From Piscinibacter sp. (GTDB lineage: Bacteria > Pseudomonadota > Gammaproteobacteria > Burkholderiales > Burkholderiaceae_C): 64,000 bases of DNA. The position numbers were made by a program, and so were the translations under genes. Of the stretch, positions 1 through 8,379 are shown one piece after another. Every line of letters starts with the position of its first letter. The first letter of the stretch is position 1. The stretch lies in the NCBI RefSeq assembly GCF_016706565.1, contig NZ_JADJJI010000005.1, one strand, 5' to 3'. Below the pieces are notes generated by a model. It saw nothing but the letters and a program-made list of their open reading frames with translations. It ran no database searches and had not been told where the DNA came from.

Positions 1-97
1 CAACCTGCACGACCACTACGTCTGCGTGCGCGGCGGGCTCGAGGCCGGCCGTGTCGAGGCGCTGTGGGCGGTGGACGCGCGCGGCTGCATCCGTTGA
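1..97 (+). CDS. 3' end of an upstream CDS (partial, family not recognised)
   Basis: The frame is open from the window edge to TGA at 95-97. It translates to NLHDHYVCVRGGLEAGRVEALWAVDARGCIR and has a GC-rich third position like the neighbouring genes. Confidence 0.4.
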   Translation, partial: NLHDHYVCVRGGLEAGRVEALWAVDARGCIR

Positions 98-110
98 GCC
101 GGGCAGTCGA

Positions 111-1199
111 ATGACCGGTCCGCAGGTCATCGTGCTGGCCACGCCGGTGTTCCTGGCGCTGATCGCTCTCGAGTTCGCCGTCGGCCGTGCGCGCGGTCGC
201 GACACCTACCGCCTGAACGACGCGCTGAACAGCATCGGCCTGGGCATCATGAGCCAGATCACCGGCCTGTTCGTCGCGCTGTTCACGCTGGGCATCTACA
301 CGGCGGTGCACGAGCACCTGGCGATCTGGTCGATGCCGAAGGACTCGGCGGCGGTGTGGCTCGGTGCGCTGATCGCCTACGACTTCTTCTACTACTGGCA
401 CCACCGCGCCGGACACCGCATCGCACTGTTCTGGGCCTCGCATGCGGTGCACCACCAGAGCGAGGACTACAACCTCTCGACCGCGCTGCGCCAGACCAGC
501 GGCGGCTGGGTGGCCGGGTGGCTGTTCTACCTGCCGATGGCCGTGGTCGGCGTGCCGCCGCTGGTGTTCGCCGTCGTCGCGCTGATCGACCTGCTCTACC
601 AGTACTGGGTGCACACGCAGCAGATCGGCCGGCTCGGCTGGTTCGACCGCTGGTTCTGCGCGCCGAGCAACCACCGCGTGCACCACGCTGTGAACGATCG
701 CTATCTCGACCGCAACTACGGCGGCATCCTGATCGTCTGGGACCGCCTCTTCGGCACCTTCATCGAGGAAGACGACACCGAAGCCTGCGTCTACGGCACC
801 CGCTCGCCGCTGCGCAGCTGGAACCCGCTGTGGGCCAACCTGCAGGTCTACCGCGAGCTCGCGCTGGACAGCTGGCGGGCCGCGTCCTGGGGCGACAAGT
901 TGCGCGTCTGGCTGAAGCCGCCCGGCTGGCGGCCCGCGGACGTGGCGGCACGCTGGCCCAGGCCGGCCTTCGACATCCGCGCCGTGCAGCGCTTCGACCC
1001 GCCGCTGCCCTCGCGCGCAGCGCTGGCGGCCAGCGCGCTTTTCGTGCTCTTGCTGGCGGCAACGGCGCTGCTGCTGTGGCACGCACACTTGCTGTCGGGC
1101 ACCTTGTTGTGGGGCAGCGCGGCTGCCATCGTGGCCGGCCTGTGGGGCGTAGGAGCGCTGTGCACGCCGCGTCCGGCGGCAGTTGCGGGCAATCCCTGA
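111..1199 (+). CDS. Fatty acid hydroxylase / sterol desaturase family membrane protein
   Basis: His boxes HHRAGH, HAVHH and HRVHH sit in a multi-TM protein. ATG at 111 (MTGPQVIVL) lies inside the longer GTG-initiated ORF 51-1199. There is an extra hydrophobic C-terminal tail. Confidence 0.8.
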   Translation: MTGPQVIVLATPVFLALIALEFAVGRARGRDTYRLNDALNSIGLGIMSQITGLFVALFTLGIYTAVHEHLAIWSMPKDSAAVWLGALIAYDFFYYWHHRAGHRIALFWASHAVHHQSEDYNLSTALRQTSGGWVAGWLFYLPMAVVGVPPLVFAVVALIDLLYQYWVHTQQIGRLGWFDRWFCAPSNHRVHHAVNDRYLDRNYGGILIVWDRLFGTFIEEDDTEACVYGTRSPLRSWNPLWANLQVYRELALDSWRAASWGDKLRVWLKPPGWRPADVAARWPRPAFDIRAVQRFDPPLPSRAALAASALFVLLLAATALLLWHAHLLSGTLLWGSAAAIVAGLWGVGALCTPRPAAVAGNP

Positions 1200-1254
1200 G
1201 AGCGGTAACCCGCGAGTGGAGTGGCGCGCGGGCACTTGCTGCCTACACTGCGCC

Positions 1255-1289
1255 GTTCGATGGGCTGAAGCGCGTTCAGCCCATCGAAC
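1255..1289. promoter_or_regulatory. Perfect 15-bp inverted repeat (candidate IclR operator or stem-loop)
   Basis: GTTCGATGGGCTGAA-gcgcg-TTCAGCCCATCGAAC, ending 20 nt upstream of the IclR ATG at 1309. No T-tract follows on either strand. Confidence 0.4.
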
Positions 1290-1308
1290 CAAAAACACAA
1301 CTGCCCGC

Positions 1309-2127
1309 ATGCAACTTCGCCCCCTCGATCCCGGATCGCGCCCGAGCACCGGCCTGTCGCCTGCTCTGGTGCCGGCGGTGTCGCGCGCGCTGACGCTGCT
1401 CGAGCGGCTGGCGCAGCAGCGTGAGCCGATGAGCCTGGCGCGGCTGGCCAGCGAGCTCGAGCTGCCCAAGAGCAGCGTGCACGGCCTTTGCAACACGCTG
1501 CTGCGCTTCGGCTACCTGCACCGGCAGGACGACGGCGCCTTCCGCATCGGCCCGGGCGTGATGCCGCTGGCCGAGGCCTTCGTCGCCGGCACCGGCATCA
1601 CGCAGGAGTTCAATGCGCTGTGGCTAGACGCCGAGCCCGACGAGACCATCATCCTGTCGGTGCTCAACGGCCCCGACGTGGTCTACATCGCCGCGCGCAA
1701 CGGCCGCCGGCCACTGGGCCTGGCCTTCAACGTCGGCATGCGCCTGCCGGCCCACCTGGCTGCCACCGGCAAGGCGATGCTCGCCTTCCAGCCGGCCGAC
1801 GCGGTGCGCAGCCGCTTCGGCAGCACGGCGCTGGCGCCGATGAACGGGCGCGGGCCGAAGCGAGTGGCGGATCTGCTGGTTGAACTGAAGTTGATCCACG
1901 GGCGCGGCTACAGCATCGACGACGAGGGCGTGCGCGCTGGCGTCTACTGCTTCGGCGCACCGGTGTTCGATGCCGCCGCGTTGCCGGTGGCCGGCCTCGG
2001 CGTGTGCCTGAACAAGGCGATGCTCGGCGAAGACGCCGGCGCACGACACCGCGACGCAGTGCTGCGCGCGGCGCGCACGCTGACGCAGCGCCTGGGCGGC
2101 CGCCAGCCGCCCTCGGATCGAAGCTGA
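1309..2127 (+). CDS. IclR family transcriptional regulator
   Basis: N-terminal winged HTH (ALTLLERLAQQREPMSLARLASELELPKSSVHGLCNTL) plus an IclR effector domain. ATG at 1309 is in frame with ORF 1183-2127. Confidence 0.85.
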   Translation: MQLRPLDPGSRPSTGLSPALVPAVSRALTLLERLAQQREPMSLARLASELELPKSSVHGLCNTLLRFGYLHRQDDGAFRIGPGVMPLAEAFVAGTGITQEFNALWLDAEPDETIILSVLNGPDVVYIAARNGRRPLGLAFNVGMRLPAHLAATGKAMLAFQPADAVRSRFGSTALAPMNGRGPKRVADLLVELKLIHGRGYSIDDEGVRAGVYCFGAPVFDAAALPVAGLGVCLNKAMLGEDAGARHRDAVLRAARTLTQRLGGRQPPSDRS

Positions 2128-2130
2128 GCC

Positions 2131-2904
2131 ATGGCCGACGATTTCATCCTGCAGACACACGACCTGACGAAGGAGTTCAAGGGCTTCGTCGCCGTCAACC
2201 AGGTCAACCTGAACGTGCGGCGCGGCAGCATCCACGCGCTGATCGGCCCGAACGGCGCGGGCAAGACCACCTGCTTCAACCTGCTGACCAAGTTCCTCAC
2301 GCCGACCACCGGCCGCATCGTCTTCGACGGCACCGACATCACCGGCGAGAGCTCGGCGCACATCGCCCGGCGCGGCGTGATCCGCTCGTTCCAGATCTCC
2401 GCCGTGTTCCCGCACCTGACGGTGCTCGAGAACGTGCGCGTGGCCTTGCAGCGCCAGCTCGGCACCTCGTTCCACTTCTGGCGGTCCGAAAGTACGCTGG
2501 ACACGCTCAACGACCGCGCCATGCAGCTGCTCGACGCGGTGGACCTGTCCAAGTATGCCGGCCTCACGGCCGTGGAGCTGAGCTACGGCCGCAAGCGCGC
2601 GCTGGAGATCGCCACCACGCTGGCGATGGAGCCCAAGCTGATGCTCCTGGACGAGCCCACGCAGGGCATGGGCCTGGAAGACGTGGACCGCATCAAGCAG
2701 CTGATCAAGAAAGTCGCCGCCGATCGCACCGTGCTGATGGTCGAGCACAACATGAGCGTGGTGGCCAGCCTTGCCGACACCATCACCGTGCTGGCGCGCG
2801 GCGCCACGCTGGCCGAAGGCCCGTACGAGCAGGTGTCGAAGAACCCGGCGGTGATCGAGGCCTACATGGGCAGCGCCAACGTGGAACTGAAGGGAGCCCA
2901 CTGA
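2131..2904 (+). CDS. livG: Branched-chain amino acid type ABC transporter ATP-binding protein (LivG-like)
   Basis: Walker A GPNGAGKTT, signature LSYGRKRALE, Walker B LMLLDEP. Confidence 0.9.
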   Translation: MADDFILQTHDLTKEFKGFVAVNQVNLNVRRGSIHALIGPNGAGKTTCFNLLTKFLTPTTGRIVFDGTDITGESSAHIARRGVIRSFQISAVFPHLTVLENVRVALQRQLGTSFHFWRSESTLDTLNDRAMQLLDAVDLSKYAGLTAVELSYGRKRALEIATTLAMEPKLMLLDEPTQGMGLEDVDRIKQLIKKVAADRTVLMVEHNMSVVASLADTITVLARGATLAEGPYEQVSKNPAVIEAYMGSANVELKGAH

Positions 2905-2905
2905 G

Positions 2906-3610
2906 ATGGCTGTCCGGTTCCTGGAGGTGAATGGCCTGCACGCCTGGTACGGCGAGTCGCACGTGCTGCACGGCGTGAACTTCCACGTCGACGAGGGCGA
3001 GGTGGTCACGCTGCTGGGGCGCAATGGCGCCGGCCGCACCAGCACGCTGCGCGCGATCATGGGCCTGACCGGCAGCCGCAAGGGCTCGATCAAGGTGCGC
3101 GGCACCGAGGCGATCGCCCTGGCCACGCACCGCATCGCCCGGCTGGGCATCGGCTACTGCCCCGAGGAGCGCGGCATCTTCTCCAGCCTGTCGGCGCAGG
3201 AGAACCTGCTGCTGCCGCCCAAGCTGGCCGAAGGCGGCATGAGCGTCGAGCAGATCTACGCGATGTTCCCCAACCTGCAGGAGCGCGCGGGCAGCCAGGG
3301 CACGCGGCTGTCCGGCGGCGAGCAGCAGATGCTGGCGGTGGCGCGCATCCTGCGCACCGGCGCGCGGCTGCTGCTGCTCGACGAGATCTCCGAGGGCCTG
3401 GCCCCGGTGATCGTGCAGAAGCTGGCCGAGATGGTCGTCGCGCTGCGCAAGCAGGGCTACACCATCGTGATGGTGGAGCAGAACTTCCGCTTCGCCGCGC
3501 CGCTGGCCGATCGATTCCTGGTCATGGAGCATGGCCAGGTGATCCAGGAGTTCACCCAGTCCGAATTGCCGGCGCGCCTGGAGCGCCTTCACGAGTACCT
3601 CGGCGTCTGA
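2906..3610 (+). CDS. livF: Branched-chain amino acid type ABC transporter ATP-binding protein (LivF-like)
   Basis: Walker A GRNGAGRTS, signature LSGGEQQMLA, Walker B LLLLDE. Starts 1 nt after the livG stop. Confidence 0.9.
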   Translation: MAVRFLEVNGLHAWYGESHVLHGVNFHVDEGEVVTLLGRNGAGRTSTLRAIMGLTGSRKGSIKVRGTEAIALATHRIARLGIGYCPEERGIFSSLSAQENLLLPPKLAEGGMSVEQIYAMFPNLQERAGSQGTRLSGGEQQMLAVARILRTGARLLLLDEISEGLAPVIVQKLAEMVVALRKQGYTIVMVEQNFRFAAPLADRFLVMEHGQVIQEFTQSELPARLERLHEYLGV

Positions 3611-3657
3611 CGCCAAGAGGTCGACATCCCGCTCGCTTAACCCACGGAGAGAACACC

Positions 3658-4860
3658 ATGAAGCTCAAGAAGATCGCCGCCGCCTGCGGCCTCGCGATTG
3701 CTGCTGTCACCGGCGCCCAGGCCCAGGTCTCGGGTGACGTGATCAAGATCGGCCTGATCACCGACATGTCCAGCGTCTATGCCGACATCGACGGCCAGGG
3801 CGGCGTGGAGGCCATCAAGATGGCCGTCGCCGACATGGGCGGCGCGGTCGCCGGCAAGAAGATCGAGGTGGTGTTCGCCGACCACCAGAACAAGGCCGAC
3901 GTCGCCGCCGCCAAGGCGCGCGAGTGGTTCGACACGCAGGGCCTGGACATGCTGATCGGCGGCACCAACTCGGGCACCGCGCTGGCCATGGCCAAGGTGG
4001 CGGCCGAGAAGAAGAAGCCCTTCCTGGTCGTCGGAGCGGCCACCTCGGCGCTGACCAACGAGCAGTGCACGCCCTACACCGTGCACTGGGCCTACGACAC
4101 CGTGGCGCTGGCCAAGGGCACCGGCAACGCGGTGGTGAAGGCCGGCGGCAAGAGCTGGTACTTCCTGACCGCCGACTACGCCTTCGGCAGCGCGCTGCAG
4201 AACGACACCAGCACGGTGGTCACCGCGGCCGGCGGCACCATCGTCGGCTCGGTCAAGCACCCGCTGAACGCGAGCGACTTCTCCTCCTTCCTGCTGCAGG
4301 CGCAGTCGAGCAAGGCGCAGATCCTGGGCATGGCGAACGCCGGCGGCGACACCATCAACACGATCAAGGCGGCCAACGAGTTCGGCATCACCAAGACGAT
4401 GAAGCTGGCCGGCCTGCTGATCTTCATCAACGACATCCACTCGCTCGGCCTGAAGACCACGCAGGGCATGTACCTGACCGACAGCTGGTACTGGAACCGC
4501 GATCCCGAGGCACGCGCCTGGAGCCGCAAGTTCTTCGACAAGATGAAGCGCATGCCTTCTTCGATCCAGGCCGGCGACTACTCGGCCACGCTGCAGTACC
4601 TCAATGCGGTGAAGGCCACTGGCAGCGACGATGGCGACAAGGTGCTGGCGCAGATGCGCAAGACCAAGATCAACGACGTCTTCGCCAAGGGCGGCTACAT
4701 CCGCGAGGACGGCCGCATGGTGCACGACATGTACCTGATGCAGGTGAAGTCGCCGGACAAGTCGACCGAGCCCTGGGACTACTACAACGTGGCGGAAACG
4801 ATCAAGGGCGAGGCAGCCTGGACGACCAAGGCCGACACCAAGTGCGCCCTCTGGAAGTGA
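3658..4860 (+). CDS. ABC transporter substrate-binding protein (LivK/type I periplasmic binding fold)
   Basis: Signal peptide MKLKKIAAACGLAIAAVTGAQA, GGAGAGA RBS upstream, typical Leu/Ile/Val-binding family length and pattern. Confidence 0.9.
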   Translation: MKLKKIAAACGLAIAAVTGAQAQVSGDVIKIGLITDMSSVYADIDGQGGVEAIKMAVADMGGAVAGKKIEVVFADHQNKADVAAAKAREWFDTQGLDMLIGGTNSGTALAMAKVAAEKKKPFLVVGAATSALTNEQCTPYTVHWAYDTVALAKGTGNAVVKAGGKSWYFLTADYAFGSALQNDTSTVVTAAGGTIVGSVKHPLNASDFSSFLLQAQSSKAQILGMANAGGDTINTIKAANEFGITKTMKLAGLLIFINDIHSLGLKTTQGMYLTDSWYWNRDPEARAWSRKFFDKMKRMPSSIQAGDYSATLQYLNAVKATGSDDGDKVLAQMRKTKINDVFAKGGYIREDGRMVHDMYLMQVKSPDKSTEPWDYYNVAETIKGEAAWTTKADTKCALWK

Positions 4861-4889
4861 TCGACTGAAGCGACGACGCCCCGCACGCC

Positions 4890-5774
4890 ATGGAGATCTT
4901 CGGCATCCCGCTGCAGGCCTTCCTCGGGCAGCTTCTGCTCGGGCTGGTCAACGGCTCGTTCTATGCGCTGCTCAGCCTCGGGCTGGCGGTGATCTTCGGG
5001 CTGCTGGGCATCGTCAACTTCGCCCATGGCGCTCTGTACATGATGGGCGCCTACGTGGCCTGGATCGGCCTCGAGCACTTCGGCATGAGCTACTGGCTCG
5101 CGCTGGTGGTCTCGCCGATCGTCGTCGGTGCGCTCGGGTTGGTGATTGAGCGCACGCTGCTCAAGCAGCTGTACAAGATCGACCCGATCTACGGCCTGCT
5201 GCTGACCTTCGGCCTGTCGCTGATTGCCGAGGGCATCTTGCGTGACCAGTTCGGCGTGTCGGGCCAGCAGTACGCCGTGCCCGAACTGCTGCAGGGCGCC
5301 ACCAACCTCGGCTTCATGATCCTGCCGAACTACCGCGCCTGGGTGGTGTTCGCCTCGCTGGTGGTCTGCTTCGGCACCTGGTTCCTGATCGAGCGCACGC
5401 GGCTGGGCTCCTATCTGCGCGCCGGCACCGAGAACCCGGCGCTGGTGCAGGCCTTCGGCGTCAATGTGCCGCTGATGGTGATGCTCACCTATGCTGCCGG
5501 CGCGGGGCTGGCGGCCATCGCCGGCGTGCTGGCCGCGCCGGTCATCCAGATCACGCCGCTGATGGGCAGCAACCTGATCATCGTCGTCTTCGCGGTGGTG
5601 GTGATCGGCGGCATGGGCTCCATCCTCGGCTCCATCCTCACCGGCCTGATGCTGGGCATCATCGAAGGACTGACCAAGGTCTTCTACCCGGAGGCCTCGA
5701 ACATCGTGGTCTTCGTGATCATGGCGATCGTGCTCATCATCCGGCCTGCCGGCCTGTTCGGGAAGGAGAAGTGA
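4890..5774 (+). CDS. livH: Branched-chain amino acid ABC transporter permease (LivH-like)
   Basis: Polytopic membrane protein beginning MEIFGIPLQAFLGQLLLGLVNGSFYALLSLGL, typical of LivH. Confidence 0.9.
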   Translation: MEIFGIPLQAFLGQLLLGLVNGSFYALLSLGLAVIFGLLGIVNFAHGALYMMGAYVAWIGLEHFGMSYWLALVVSPIVVGALGLVIERTLLKQLYKIDPIYGLLLTFGLSLIAEGILRDQFGVSGQQYAVPELLQGATNLGFMILPNYRAWVVFASLVVCFGTWFLIERTRLGSYLRAGTENPALVQAFGVNVPLMVMLTYAAGAGLAAIAGVLAAPVIQITPLMGSNLIIVVFAVVVIGGMGSILGSILTGLMLGIIEGLTKVFYPEASNIVVFVIMAIVLIIRPAGLFGKEK

Positions 5775-6721
5775 TGACGACCGAGCGTCTCGGCCGCATC
5801 GCCTGGATGGTCGGGCTGGTGATACTGATCGCCGCGCCCTTCGTCGGGCTCTACCCGATCTTCATGATGAAGGCGCTGTGCTTCGCGATCTTCGCCTGCG
5901 CGTTCAACCTGCTGCTGGGCTACACCGGGCTGCTGTCCTTCGGCCACGCGGCTTACCTGGGTGCGGCGGCCTACGGCACCGGCTGGCTGGTCAAGAGTGC
6001 CGGCTGGTCGCCCGAATTGGGCGTCATCGGCGGCACGCTGTTCGCGGCCGCGATCGGCCTGCTGGTGGGGCTGATCGCCATCCGCCGCCAGGGCATCTAC
6101 TTCGCGATGATCACGCTGGCGATGGCGCAGATGGTCTACTTCGTCTGGCTGCAGGCGCCGTTCACCGGCGGTGAGGACGGACTGCAGGGCGTGCCTCGCG
6201 GCAAGCTGTTCGGCCTGATCGACCTGGCCAACGACACGGTGCTGTACTTCGTCGTGCTGGCGGTGTTCGTCGCCGTGTTCCTGTTCATCGTGCGCATCGT
6301 GCATTCGCCCTACGGGCAGGTGCTCAAGGCGATCCGCGAGAACGAGCCGCGTGCCGTCTCGCTGGGCTACGACGTCGACAAGTACAAGTTGCTCGCCTTC
6401 GTGCTGTCCACCGGCCTGGCCGGGCTGGCCGGCTCGATGAAGACCCTGATCCTGGGCTTCGCGACGCTGTCCGACGCGCACTGGTCGCTGTCCGGCGAGG
6501 TGGTGCTGATGACCCTGCTCGGCGGCATGGGAACCTTCGCGGGGCCGGTGATCGGCGCCTTCACCATCATCGGTCTGCAGAACTTCCTCGCCGACCGCGT
6601 GGGCTCGTGGGTGACGGTGATCATCGGCGCGATCTTCGTCGTCTGCGTGGTGGCCTTCCGCCGCGGCTTCGTCGGCGAACTGCTGGCCTGGCAGAAGCGG
6701 CGCCAGGCCGACAAGCCGTAG
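5771..6721 (+). CDS. livM: Branched-chain amino acid ABC transporter permease (LivM-like)
   Basis: 4-nt ATGA overlap with livH. Polytopic, with the LLGYTGLLSFGHAAY motif. Confidence 0.9.
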   Translation: MMTTERLGRIAWMVGLVILIAAPFVGLYPIFMMKALCFAIFACAFNLLLGYTGLLSFGHAAYLGAAAYGTGWLVKSAGWSPELGVIGGTLFAAAIGLLVGLIAIRRQGIYFAMITLAMAQMVYFVWLQAPFTGGEDGLQGVPRGKLFGLIDLANDTVLYFVVLAVFVAVFLFIVRIVHSPYGQVLKAIRENEPRAVSLGYDVDKYKLLAFVLSTGLAGLAGSMKTLILGFATLSDAHWSLSGEVVLMTLLGGMGTFAGPVIGAFTIIGLQNFLADRVGSWVTVIIGAIFVVCVVAFRRGFVGELLAWQKRRQADKP

Positions 6722-6727
6722 TCGGCG

Positions 6728-7786
6728 CTACTCGTCGAAGAGTTCAGGTGCGCCCGGCGTCCGCGGCGGTGTCACGCCGAGGTGCCGGTACGCCGCCAGC
6801 GTGGCGATGCGCCCGCGCGGCGTGCGCTGCAGGAAGCCTTGCTGGATCAGGTAGGGCTCGATCACGTCCTCGATGGTGTCGCGCTCCTCGCCGATCGCGG
6901 CGGCGACGTTGTCCAGCCCCACCGGCCCGCCGTCGAAGCGGTGGATCACCGCCTCGAGCAGCTTGCGGTCCATCAGGTCGAAGCCGAGCGGGTCGACGTC
7001 GAGCATCTTCAGCGCGAGTTCGGCCTGCGCCTTGACGATGCGGCCGTCGCCCTTCACCTCGACGTAGTCACGCACGCGGCGCAGCAGCCGGTTGGCAATG
7101 CGCGGCGTGCCGCGCGAGCGGCGCGCGATCTCGGCGGCGCCTTCGTCGTCGGTGGCCACATTGAGCAGGCCGGCCGAGCGGCGCACGATGCGCGCCAGTT
7201 CCTCCGCCGTGTAGAACTCGAGCCGCGCGACGATGCCGAAGCGGTCGCGCAGCGGGTTGGTCAGCATGCCTGCGCGCGTGGTGGCGCCGACCAGCGTGAA
7301 AGGCTGCAGGTCGAGCTTGATGGAGCGCGCGGCGGGGCCCTCGCCGATCATGATGTCGATCTGGTAGTCCTCCAGCGCGGGGTAGAGGATCTCCTCGACG
7401 ACCGGGCTGAGCCGGTGGATCTCGTCGATGAAGAGCACGTCGTTGCGCTCGAGGTTGGTGAGGATCGCTGCCAGGTCCTTCGGCTTCTCGAGCACCGGGC
7501 CCGACGTCGAGCGCAGGTTCACGCCGAGCTCGTTGGCGATGATGTGGCTCAGCGTCGTCTTGCCCAGCCCCGGCGGGCCGAACAGCAGCACGTGGTCCAT
7601 CGCCTCGCTGCGCTTCTTCGCCGCGCCGATGAAGATCTCCAACTGCTCGCGCACCTTGGCCTGGCCGACGTAGTCGCCCAGGCCCTTCGGGCGCAGCGCG
7701 CGCTCGATCGCTTCCTCGTTCGGCGAGGCCGGCGCGGCGCTGACCACCCGGCGCGAGGGCGCGAAATCGTCGGTCTGGATGCTCAT
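6728..7786 (-). CDS. ruvB: Holliday junction branch migration DNA helicase RuvB
   Basis: [12 protein letters not shown], Walker [10 protein letters not shown], Walker [10 protein letters not shown], and full-length collinearity with RuvB. Confidence 0.97.
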   Translation of the reverse strand: MSIQTDDFAPSRRVVSAAPASPNEEAIERALRPKGLGDYVGQAKVREQLEIFIGAAKKRSEAMDHVLLFGPPGLGKTTLSHIIANELGVNLRSTSGPVLEKPKDLAAILTNLERNDVLFIDEIHRLSPVVEEILYPALEDYQIDIMIGEGPAARSIKLDLQPFTLVGATTRAGMLTNPLRDRFGIVARLEFYTAEELARIVRRSAGLLNVATDDEGAAEIARRSRGTPRIANRLLRRVRDYVEVKGDGRIVKAQAELALKMLDVDPLGFDLMDRKLLEAVIHRFDGGPVGLDNVAAAIGEERDTIEDVIEPYLIQQGFLQRTPRGRIATLAAYRHLGVTPPRTPGAPELFDE

Positions 7787-7873
7787 GCGCGATTATGGGC
7801 ACGCCGGCTGCGGGTGCCTCCTACCCGCGGCTGCGGGAACCGACTTCGGCTTGTCTGTTGTTAAGATCGCGCC

Positions 7874-8263
7874 GTGCAAGTCATCCGACGCCTGTTCCGC
7901 CGCGCCACCTGGTTCGCGATCTTCGCGATGCTGGGCCTGGCGCTCGCGCCGACGGTGTCGCATGCGCTGGCAGCTTCCGGCCCCGGCAACCCCTGGGCCG
8001 AGATCTGCTCGGTGGCGGGCGGCAAGGTGGTCATGGCCGATGCGGCCGGCGTCGCCGGCTCGCAGGCCGAGGCCGGCTCCCACCTCGGGCATTGCCCGCT
8101 GTGCGGCCAGCTCGGCAGCGCACCGGCCTTGCCGATGGCCGAGTCGGCCGGGAGTTTCGCCGTCGACGGCGCCGACTTCCTGCCGGCGCTCTTCGCCCGC
8201 TCCCCTTCCCCGCTGTTCGCCTGGGCCGCCGCCCAGCCGCGCGCACCACCCGCTTCCTGCTGA
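7874..8263 (+). CDS. DUF2946-like small secreted/membrane protein (copper-operon leader gene)
   Basis: The N-terminus MQVIRRLFRRATWFAIFAMLGLALAPTVSHALA and the HLGHCPLCG motif are typical of DUF2946 genes preceding TonB-dependent copper receptors. GTG start with no SD. TGtTAAGAT (7859-7867) lies just upstream. Confidence 0.65.
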   Translation: MQVIRRLFRRATWFAIFAMLGLALAPTVSHALAASGPGNPWAEICSVAGGKVVMADAAGVAGSQAEAGSHLGHCPLCGQLGSAPALPMAESAGSFAVDGADFLPALFARSPSPLFAWAAAQPRAPPASC

Positions 8264-8379
8264 ACTGCCGTCGGGCGGCGCCGAGCCGGCACGCCTGCGG
8301 CACCGATGCGGTGGCCGTGCGCTCGCGCTGGCCATCGATGCGCGCCACCACCGGCGCGGTCTTCATCGACAGCAGGACC

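Noticed and set aside
1624-3150. 508-aa ORF antisense to the IclR, livG and livF genes. Similar long antisense or out-of-frame ORFs include 3637-4725, 9028-10950, 10752-12215, 16621-17895, 23663-25228, 26965-28125, 27953-29056, 48057-49577 and 50813-52093.
   Set aside because: They overlap genes with unmistakable family motifs on the other strand or frame. Their translations are Arg/Ala/Gly/Pro-rich low-complexity strings, as expected from stop-codon depletion in 70% GC DNA. No RBS or family signature was seen.
7795-8379. 195-codon N-terminal extension of the TonB-dependent receptor ORF.
   Set aside because: It overlaps the DUF2946 gene in another frame and is Arg/Pro/Ala-rich. A proper signal peptide begins at ATG 8380.
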